Below, piece after piece: positions 15,843 through 22,536 of a stretch of 32,000 nt of DNA (position 1 is the stretch's first letter; every line of letters starts with the position of its first letter). Where the stretch lies: the NCBI RefSeq assembly GCF_000018105.1, contig NC_009925.1:4620001-4652000 (forward strand), given 5' to 3'. Source of the DNA: Acaryochloris marina MBIC11017. GTDB taxonomy: Bacteria > Cyanobacteriota > Cyanobacteriia > Thermosynechococcales > Thermosynechococcaceae. The notes under the pieces were generated by a model. It ran no database searches, had not been told where the DNA came from, and worked only from the letters and a program-made list of their open reading frames with translations. The position numbers and the translations under genes were made by a program.

Positions 15843-16568
15843 ATGCACACTCGTCTAATACTTTGTGCATCAGTTGTGAGTTTGTGCGCAATTTCTTCCC
15901 AGTCTGCGCTTGCCCAAACCACCACAAACAATATCGATGCACCTAATAATGCAACTTCAACAGCTAATCCGGCGGTAGATTTGAACCAGCAAGGTTCATT
16001 AGTCAATACTCAAGTCAATACCCATCCATTAGGACGCAGCATTGTCGGTCGAGGGGTCGCAGATTGCACGAGTAATGGCATTGCTGTTTCTGCTTTTGGA
16101 AACGGGATTGGGCCTTTTGACACAGGTACGCTGGGCGGTTCGTTTACCTATACCCATTCTTTTGGGATGGCAACCTGTAACGAATATGCTCAAACTCAAC
16201 TTTCCAAATCAAAACTGGAAAACTGCTTGTTGCTCATTAGCAACTATTCCAAGATGGTCAAAGCTGGCGTCAAAGTCAGTTACCAAGCATTAAAAGCTAT
16301 TGGTGGTGTTGATTGTCCACCTGTAGTTGTTCAAAGTGCAGTGGCCCCAGCAAATGGTCCCCTAGGTCGTAATGCTGTTCCTCCGCATCAAAACCAATCC
16401 CAACCTGTTGTGAGTCAACAGAACCAGTTACAGCGCCAGCAGCAACAGATTACGCCGAATCGCCATCAGGTTCAGCAGCGGCAAAATATACCTCAACATC
16501 AACAAAAACCTCATCACTCAATTCCATCAACTCCAGTGGCTTCTTCGCAACCAGCACCTGCATATTAA
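15843..16568 (+). CDS. Secreted 4-Cys protein B1 of the cassette, with a Q/P-rich C-terminal tail, 241 aa, unknown family
   Basis: ATG with AGGAG upstream. Signal peptide ends SALA-QTT. The conserved ~98-aa core has four Cys (DCT, TCN, NCL, DCP) and is shared with B2. The tail is QNQSQPVVSQQNQLQRQQQQITPNRHQVQQRQNIPQHQQKPHH. Confidence 0.7.
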   Translation: MHTRLILCASVVSLCAISSQSALAQTTTNNIDAPNNATSTANPAVDLNQQGSLVNTQVNTHPLGRSIVGRGVADCTSNGIAVSAFGNGIGPFDTGTLGGSFTYTHSFGMATCNEYAQTQLSKSKLENCLLLISNYSKMVKAGVKVSYQALKAIGGVDCPPVVVQSAVAPANGPLGRNAVPPHQNQSQPVVSQQNQLQRQQQQITPNRHQVQQRQNIPQHQQKPHHSIPSTPVASSQPAPAY

Positions 16569-16704
16569 AGATAGCAGCGGTGATTATTTTGCAATTGTCA
16601 ATACTCTCATTGATGATGTAGCAAGCTAGCGATTGTTGCTGAATTTTGTATGTAAAAAATGTGAGCCCATTGACTGTTTGGCGTCAAGTCACAAAAGCAA
16701 TATG

Positions 16705-16730
16705 AACAACAAATTTTATGTTTTGTTGTT
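16705..16730 (+). other. AT-rich perfect 9-bp hairpin in the spacer upstream of A2
   Basis: AACAACAAA (16705-16713) pairs with TTTGTTGTT (16722-16730), with an 8-nt loop. Confidence 0.4.
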
Positions 16731-16821
16731 ATGGAGTTTGAGCTGATGTTTAAGAACTATCTAAGCAATTATCTGTGTGACTTAGAGAGATTTTGTTGGA
16801 CGAATTGATAATTTTGAAATC

Positions 16822-17211
16822 GTGAAGTACTTATTGACCACTGGATTTCTGGTTTTCGCTGGAGTTGTGGCTAAGCCAGCTGTGGCCCAGAATGCTACAG
16901 CAACCACTGTGACAACGTTTGTGGTGTCACCCACTGGACATACCGTTATTGAACGCAATATTCATGACTCCGTCCAATCTCATCAAAATTCTGTCTCTCT
17001 AACCACGGATAGCCAGAGCGGTTCTTCCCAAACCTCGAATACGGAAGGGGGGAGGACGACACAAACGACTTATAACTATGGCAGTACTGCAACGAGTATT
17101 GCTGTAGAGAATATTGACATAACGCGAGAAGTAGAAGTTGAATTTCGTGAAGAATATGACTTTAACGAAGTCTTGATTATCAATAATTCCACGACAGGCT
17201 ACAGCTTTTAA
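16822..17211 (+). CDS. Secreted protein A2 (paralogue-like partner of A1), 129 aa, GTG start
   Basis: Signal peptide KYLLTTGFLVFAGVVAKPAVA-QN. T/S/N/Q-rich mature part. The C-terminus EEYDF...TTGYSF matches ESYDF...TSGFSF of A1. Confidence 0.6.
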   Translation: MKYLLTTGFLVFAGVVAKPAVAQNATATTVTTFVVSPTGHTVIERNIHDSVQSHQNSVSLTTDSQSGSSQTSNTEGGRTTQTTYNYGSTATSIAVENIDITREVEVEFREEYDFNEVLIINNSTTGYSF

Positions 17212-17290
17212 CCTTATTTTTTTCAAATCAGTGCAAGTTCCAGCATCACTCTTAAGACGAATAGCCTCTGGTCCGAGGCAGGGAATAGTG

Positions 17291-17791
17291 ATGCTTCTGA
17301 TCGCTGCACAGATGGTGGTCATCCCGCTGCAAAGCATCGCGCAAACAACAAATTCGATTGATGCTGGCAATACAGCTGAGACAGATACTAGTCCAGAGCT
17401 AGAGCTGATTCAAGGGGGTGTCTTAACCAATTCACGACCGAGGCAGCGCCCCCTCGGTAAAGCAATTGTTGGCAAAAGTCTAAGTGACTGTACGACGAGT
17501 GGTTTAGCAGTGTCAGTCTTTGGAACTGGGATTGGCCCTTTTGATGATGGCTCAATCGGCGGCTCTTTTACTTATACTCAATCAGCAGGCATGGAAGCTT
17601 GTAAACGGCATGCACGTTCCCAGTTAACCCGCATCAAACTAGAAACATGTTTGCTGTTGATTAGTAACTATTCAAAAATGAAGAAGGCAGGCATTAAGGT
17701 GAGTTACCAAGCCTTACAAAAAGCGTCGGGCGTGGAGTGTCCTAACTTGACTCTAGAGCAGATTGCACCAGGTGCAGTCATTAACAATTAG
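17291..17791 (+). CDS. Secreted 4-Cys protein B2 (paralogue of B1, no Q-rich tail), about 166 aa
   Basis: The ATG at 17291 gives the signal peptide MLLIAAQMVVIPLQSIA-QTTNSIDAGN, parallel to B1 ALA-QTTTNNIDAPN. The track ORF starts at a GTG at 17231. Hand alignment of the 98-aa core gives 64/98 identical residues, with all four Cys conserved. Confidence 0.7.
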   Translation: MLLIAAQMVVIPLQSIAQTTNSIDAGNTAETDTSPELELIQGGVLTNSRPRQRPLGKAIVGKSLSDCTTSGLAVSVFGTGIGPFDDGSIGGSFTYTQSAGMEACKRHARSQLTRIKLETCLLLISNYSKMKKAGIKVSYQALQKASGVECPNLTLEQIAPGAVINN

Positions 17792-17811
17792 CAGAATCCA
17801 CGCCTTTCAGC

Positions 17812-18234
17812 TTATTCAGCAGAGACTTTAACCGATAGGATTTTGTCCCCCTGACGAATGGCATTCACTACATCCATATCTTGGGTTTGCCCGAAAGTCG
17901 TATGCACGCCATCCAAATGAGGTTGAGGGGCATGGCAAATAAAGAATTGGCTGCCGCCTGTATCCCGACCTGCATGGGCCATGGATAGAGTTCCAGCTTG
18001 GTGTTTGTTGTTATTAATTTCGCACTTAATGGTGTAGCCAGGGCCACCCGTTCCTGTTCCTTTTGGGCAACCCCCTTGGATCATAAAATTAGGAATGACA
18101 CGATGAAAAGATAAGCCGTCATAAAACCCTTTATTGGCTAAGTCAACGAAATTTTTGACGGTGTTAGGGGCGTCCTGATCAAATAAATCAAGATTAATCG
18201 TACCTTTGTCTGTTTCCATTATGGCTTTGGTCAT
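17812..18234 (-). CDS. Cyclophilin-type peptidyl-prolyl cis-trans isomerase, 140 aa
   Basis: [57 protein letters not shown]. The ATG at 18234 is preferred over the upstream non-conserved extension. Confidence 0.9.
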   Translation of the reverse strand: MTKAIMETDKGTINLDLFDQDAPNTVKNFVDLANKGFYDGLSFHRVIPNFMIQGGCPKGTGTGGPGYTIKCEINNNKHQAGTLSMAHAGRDTGGSQFFICHAPQPHLDGVHTTFGQTQDMDVVNAIRQGDKILSVKVSAE

Positions 18235-18335
18235 GGTAATCCTAACTTTTTGATATTGTCTGCAACTTTGGCATCCTATCTTGGGACCAAGGGGATTGCA
18301 ATTCAATTTTTACGTTAATCCCTTTTTCATTACTC

Positions 18336-19073
18336 ATGCACACCCATCCACTCTGGCGGACAAAACTTCGACAGTTTCGGGGCTTCCTCAAACGACGGCG
18401 TCGCTGCTTGGGTATTGTTCTATTGCTGAATGGTGGCTTGTGGGGAATACCTGCCCTCTATATGGTGATTCGAACACCACCCACACCAAAGGTCAGTCTA
18501 CCGAACATAAATCAATTGCGACAGTCAAAATACGACCTTTACGTCGTCAATTGGGGGTTTCATACTGCTATTCTCATTGAGCAACCTCAGGGATGGAAGC
18601 TCGGCCCTCCCAACGCTCCGACTTCCCGTTATGTTGAGTATGGTTGGGGAGATAAGCAGTTTTTTATGATGTCTGATACCTCGCTCTTGACGACGCTTGC
18701 TGCTGGTATTTTTCCAACGGATTCTGTCATGTATCTGAGAGGTCGAGATACGCTACTTGAGGCCCAAAACTATGCACGGCAACTGTATTACCGACAAATC
18801 TCTGCCCAACAACTTTATGATTTGATTACGACGCTAGAGCAAAGCTTCCGACGTCAAGCGGGGGAACGGAGTATGCCCTATCCGCCAGTTTCTAATTTTA
18901 AGGGGCAGTTTTATCCAGGTCGTGAGTATTATGTGATTTGGTCTGATTGTAATGCCTGGACCATTCGCCATCTTCAAGAGATTGAGGTTGCCCACTCCTT
19001 GGTACCCGTGATCTTTGCAGAGCAAGTAGGCCCGAGTTTACAAGGCTTTCAACTGATTCGAGGGACGCATTAA
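18336..19073 (+). CDS. Conserved hypothetical protein, probably TIGR02117/DUF2459 family, 245 aa
   Basis: N-terminal TM segment. YVVNWGFHTAILIE and YVEYGWGDKQFFM resemble the DUF2459 signature as I recall it. Confidence 0.5.
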   Translation: MHTHPLWRTKLRQFRGFLKRRRRCLGIVLLLNGGLWGIPALYMVIRTPPTPKVSLPNINQLRQSKYDLYVVNWGFHTAILIEQPQGWKLGPPNAPTSRYVEYGWGDKQFFMMSDTSLLTTLAAGIFPTDSVMYLRGRDTLLEAQNYARQLYYRQISAQQLYDLITTLEQSFRRQAGERSMPYPPVSNFKGQFYPGREYYVIWSDCNAWTIRHLQEIEVAHSLVPVIFAEQVGPSLQGFQLIRGTH

Positions 19074-19180
19074 TTCAGCCCCTGTCCCTACCCCCCAATT
19101 ATATAAGGAGCTGCCCTTTGAAATTGTTCAGGCAGGACACCCATGGCCCACAATAATATTCAAAATTACATTCTTAAAAT

Positions 19181-19726
19181 ATGGATCAACAGTTAAAAGC
19201 TGTTAGTAAGTTTCTCAGCTATATTCTTCGACATCGACCTGAGGCGATTAGTTTAGAACTGAATGCAGGTGGCTGGGCAGCTATTTCTGAATTAATTCAA
19301 TGCGCTAGCAAGCATGACCATTTCTTATCTGAAGAAATTATCAAAGAAGTAGTTGTTTCTAATGACAAGAAGCGGTTTAAATTAAGTGAAGATGGCCAAT
19401 ATATTCGAGCTAACCAAGGACATTCCATTCGGGTTGACTTGGATTTATTGCCTTTGACACCTCCTGATGTTTTATTCCATGGAACAGCCACACGGTTTTT
19501 AGCGTCTATCATGGCGAAGGGCCTACTCCCTTCAGGACGTCAACATGTCCATCTTTCAGCGTCATACGAAACTGCGATCGCAGTGGGCAGACGGCATGGC
19601 AAACCCACGGTATTGGAAATTAATGCCCAAAAAATGCAAGGTGACGGCTATCTGTTTTATCGTTCTGAAAATGGTGTTTGGCTCACCGATCATGTGCCTG
19701 CTCAGTATTTCGTAGAAGTAGAATAA
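19181..19726 (+). CDS. kptA: RNA 2'-phosphotransferase, Tpt1/KptA family, 181 aa
   Basis: SKFLSYILRHRPE, GGWAAISELI, RF.L..DGQYIRANQGHS, LFHGT, GRQHVHLS, HGKP.VLEI. These cover the Arg-His-Arg-Arg catalytic-tetrad context of Tpt1 enzymes. Confidence 0.85.
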   Translation: MDQQLKAVSKFLSYILRHRPEAISLELNAGGWAAISELIQCASKHDHFLSEEIIKEVVVSNDKKRFKLSEDGQYIRANQGHSIRVDLDLLPLTPPDVLFHGTATRFLASIMAKGLLPSGRQHVHLSASYETAIAVGRRHGKPTVLEINAQKMQGDGYLFYRSENGVWLTDHVPAQYFVEVE

Positions 19727-19908
19727 AATTAGCTCAATCTATAACCCCTAGGCTCTATTGCGACAGACAAATAAAAACCATACAATAGAGATGTTTGATA
19801 ATAAAAAGTGAAAGGGAATAATTGGCTTAATACTGACACCGATTACCCTTTCAAATCTACATTTTATTCAATATTCAGGCTGTCCCCCTAACCTCATCAT
19901 TAATTGCT

Positions 19909-20055
19909 ATGAATTTCAAGACTCTATTGATATCGTTTAGCCTAGTCTTGATGAGCGGTTTCAGTGTCTCTGCTTACAGGAGCAACGTCCATTCAGAGAT
20001 TGAAACTCCCCCACAGCAAACGAATCCTGACTGTAAGTATCCTCCCTGCGACTAA
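19909..20055 (+). CDS. Candidate 48-aa secreted peptide with a C-terminal Cys-x4-Cys loop (not in the ORF track)
   Basis: ATG at 19909, TAA at 20053-20055. Translation is MNFKTLLISFSLVLMSGFSVSAYRSNVHSEIETPPQQTNPDCKYPPCD, with a clear signal-peptide-like N-terminus. There is no obvious SD sequence. Confidence 0.3.
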   Translation: MNFKTLLISFSLVLMSGFSVSAYRSNVHSEIETPPQQTNPDCKYPPCD

Positions 20056-20083
20056 TTAGGGGCACTGACAAATTATCCGGCCT

Positions 20084-20311
20084 TTAGTTAATCATTCTGT
20101 TCAATTCAATTAGCCACCCATAGTATTCCTCTCCTTTTTGGCTGCGGGGAAGATCAACTTGTGTGCAGATGAGAGTGACAAGTTCTTGCACTCGGGGGCG
20201 ATCTGTTACGGAAATAATGGACCAATCAGGGTCTTGGGCGAACGCTTCGGTCAAAGACACAGACATATGTTTAGACTCAGACACTGAATGGTAATCGGAT
20301 TCATGCCCCAA
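20084..20311 (-). CDS. Hypothetical 60-75 aa protein (TTG start at 20311 or ATG at 20266)
   Basis: Supported only by the open frame. No recognisable motif. It lies just downstream of a terminator-like hairpin, so it would need its own promoter. Confidence 0.25.
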   Translation of the reverse strand: MGHESDYHSVSESKHMSVSLTEAFAQDPDWSIISVTDRPRVQELVTLICTQVDLPRSQKGEEYYGWLIELNRMIN

Positions 20312-20321
20312 GAATGCCGAT

Positions 20322-20361
20322 GAAAAAACGCTCAGTGGTTAGAGGAAATCTAACTACTGAG
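20322..20361 (-). terminator. Rho-independent terminator after the Arg-rich protein gene
   Basis: The minus-strand RNA reads CUCAGUAGUUA-GAUUUCCUC-UAACCACUGAG, an 11-position stem with one mismatch, followed by CGUUUUUU. It lies about 55 nt after the stop at 20414. Confidence 0.45.
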
Positions 20362-20413
20362 CAATATTTACACGGGTTTATTGGGGTACTAGGATACTTT
20401 CAAGAGATAAGGC

Positions 20414-20899
20414 TTAATCATCATCATCTCTGCCACGATTCAGCCAGCGATCAAGCTTGTCTTGGAAATCACCTCGTCGATCTCCTTTGCGCCAATTTTC
20501 ATTTTCGTAGTCCCGGTCGCGACGACGAGAGCGCCAATAATCTTCCTCTCTACGACGACGACGATTTTCCCAACGGCGACGTCTCTCTAATCGACGGCGG
20601 CGTTCCTTCCAGCGACGTTCTCGCTCTTTTTCCCATTTACGACGATCTTCCCATCGTTGCCGACGCCAACGATAATCGCGATCGGACTCATATCTATCAC
20701 GGCAATAGAGACGACCATATCGACGCCAACAGTAGCGCTTTTGACGTCGAAATCGATCTCTGCGTGCAATGAGTGAAGAGGCTTGCTCTTCTTGGACTTG
20801 TTGTGTGTTCTCTTGGCTTAGGATTACTGCTTGGACGGGGGAAATAAATGCCGTCGCACCCATTAGGGCGGCAGCCAACATCACGGCGGATTTAGCCAT
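20414..20899 (-). CDS. Signal-peptide protein with an extremely Arg/Trp/Glu/Asp-rich mature region, 161 aa
   Basis: ATG start. Signal peptide MAKSAVMLAAALMGATAFISPVQA. The last 117 residues contain 45 Arg and 9 Trp by hand count, e.g. RWKERRRRLERRRRWENRRRRREEDYW. There is a Cys pair, RYCWRRYGRLYCR. The opposite-strand ORF 20314-20772 is its shadow. Confidence 0.6.
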   Translation of the reverse strand: MAKSAVMLAAALMGATAFISPVQAVILSQENTQQVQEEQASSLIARRDRFRRQKRYCWRRYGRLYCRDRYESDRDYRWRRQRWEDRRKWEKERERRWKERRRRLERRRRWENRRRRREEDYWRSRRRDRDYENENWRKGDRRGDFQDKLDRWLNRGRDDDD

Positions 20900-21020
20900 T
20901 GCTTTATTACTCAGCTTTATCGGTTACTCTCAAGTGTTAGATTAGTCTCAAAGCCTAGGCATGTCAGTCTAATGGCAGCCAAAATCGAAGCATAAATAAA
21001 TAGAAACTCGTTAACCTGGA

Positions 21021-21050
21021 AGTGGAAAAAAGTAGAAACAAGTGGAATTC
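21021..21050 (+). repeat. Three direct repeats with exact 10-bp phasing upstream of the NTPase operon
   Basis: AGTGGAAAAA (21021-30), AGTAGAAACA (21031-40), AGTGGAATTC (21041-50), 89-118 nt upstream of the ATG at 21139. Confidence 0.5.
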
Positions 21051-21138
21051 AAGACCTTCCAAGCAATTGATAAAAACCAGAGATGAAAACCCTTCCCAAA
21101 GGATTCTCTACTGTGACTTGAGTGGGTCATTAAATTAG

Positions 21139-22536
21139 ATGAAACCTCACCAATGGGATGATTTTTTGAAGCATATTGCTCAAGAAGTAAACTTAACGGG
21201 CAAAGTCAAAAGTATTTTTCTGACTCGTTTCGCTTATGAGCATTGGCGCAAACCTGATAAAGAGGTTTGGCCCCTGGCGCAAGCAGCCAGTCATGAATCC
21301 TATAAAAAGCAAATGACGACGGTTTATTCTGCTTTTGCTAGTCACACAGATCATGGCTGTGCTGAACTCGATTTACTGAGTAAAGGGCCGGGAAAATTCA
21401 ATATTTTGCGGGACTGGTTACAGGATATACAGTATCCCAAATGGCTGCAAATGCGAGCAGCGGTCTTGCCTCAAGATTTACCCATCTTGAATTATCGAAC
21501 CCCCTTATCCGCAAACTCTCCGTTTTATATTGATAGACCTCCCACGGAAGCTGACTGTACTCAAGCCATTCAGCAATCTGGAGCCCTAGTTCGGATTAAG
21601 GCCCCTGCCCAAATGGGTAAAACTTCGTTGCTGCGCCAGCTTTTATTCCAGGCCCAGACTTTAGAATATCAGCCCATTTATCTGAATTTTCGCGAAGCTG
21701 AGACGTCTATTTTTACGACTTTAGATAAATTCCTACAATGGTTTTGTGCCAATATTTGTCGTGAATTAGGATTGCCCCCCAAACTTGATCAGTATTGGGC
21801 TGAAGACATATATGGCAGCTTAATGAGCTGCAAAACGTACTTTCAAACCTATTTGTTACCCAACGTTGATCTTGCCTTAGTCTTAGCCTTAGATAACGTC
21901 GATCGACTGTTTGAGTATCCTCATATTGCCCAAGACTTTTTACCCATGTTGCGTTCTTGGAATGAAGAGGCAAATACTCAGACCATCTGGCAGAAAATTC
22001 GCTTGGTGATTGCTCATTCCACTGAAATTTACATTGAGCTAGATGCGCATCAATCCCCCTTTAATGTGGGGTGGCCTATTAAACTCCTGGGTTTTACCCC
22101 TGAACAAATGCAGGATTTAGCCCGTCTGTATCATTTGGATAGCAAATTAGACGTTCAGTCTCCTGACATCTTTCAAGCCTTGAAGGCCCTAATCGGTGGT
22201 CACCCATACCTAGTCCATCTCACCTTTGATGCCCTACGCCGCCAGCAGCTTCAGCTTGATCACCTGTTACAACAAGCGCCTACCCAAAGTAGTATTTACA
22301 GCACCCATCTACGGGGACTGTGGAATACCTTACAGGGACAACCTCAGTTGGCCACCGCCATGTATCGAGTAGTGACCGAATCTCCTCAAGTCCGGTTGGA
22401 ACCGATTCAGGCCTATCAACTTGAGAGTATGGGGTTAGTCAGTCTCTCGGGAGATTATGTCCAGCCCAGTTGTGACCTCTATCGTCAGTACTTTGCCAAT
22501 ATGCCGTTGAATAATCATGAATTCGACAGCCTATAA
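21139..22536 (+). CDS. AAA-like (AAA_35-type) P-loop NTPase with a ~110-aa N-terminal helical domain, 465 aa
   Basis: YIDRPPTEADCTQAIQQSGALVRIKAPAQMGKTSLLRQL (Walker A-like); LVLALDNVDRLF (Walker B-like); GGHPYLVHL. This pattern matches the cyanobacterial 'AAA-like domain' proteins as I recall them. Confidence 0.8.
   Translation: MKPHQWDDFLKHIAQEVNLTGKVKSIFLTRFAYEHWRKPDKEVWPLAQAASHESYKKQMTTVYSAFASHTDHGCAELDLLSKGPGKFNILRDWLQDIQYPKWLQMRAAVLPQDLPILNYRTPLSANSPFYIDRPPTEADCTQAIQQSGALVRIKAPAQMGKTSLLRQLLFQAQTLEYQPIYLNFREAETSIFTTLDKFLQWFCANICRELGLPPKLDQYWAEDIYGSLMSCKTYFQTYLLPNVDLALVLALDNVDRLFEYPHIAQDFLPMLRSWNEEANTQTIWQKIRLVIAHSTEIYIELDAHQSPFNVGWPIKLLGFTPEQMQDLARLYHLDSKLDVQSPDIFQALKALIGGHPYLVHLTFDALRRQQLQLDHLLQQAPTQSSIYSTHLRGLWNTLQGQPQLATAMYRVVTESPQVRLEPIQAYQLESMGLVSLSGDYVQPSCDLYRQYFANMPLNNHEFDSL

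Noticed and set aside
15439-16293. Alternative-frame and antisense ORFs within A1 and B1 (15439-15750, 15524-15706, 16042-16293)
   Set aside because: They have no signal peptides or paralogue support. The chosen frames are mutually supported by the A1/A2 and B1/B2 similarity.
16999-17370. 123-aa minus-strand ORF across the A2/B2 junction
   Set aside because: It is antisense to two frames that each have a paralogue and a signal peptide.
20314-20772. 152-aa + strand ORF opposite the Arg-rich protein gene
   Set aside because: The reverse complement of CGN-rich Arg codons yields a long open Asp/Asn/Ser-rich frame by composition alone. That frame has no signal peptide and no terminator. The minus frame has an ATG, a signal peptide and a downstream terminator. 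Strand-specific RNA data would settle it.
21011-21017. TTAACCT, resembling the cyanobacterial SphR Pho-box half-site (CTTAACCT)
   Set aside because: There is only a single copy. Functional Pho boxes are tandem 8-bp repeats with 11-bp phasing, which I do not see here.
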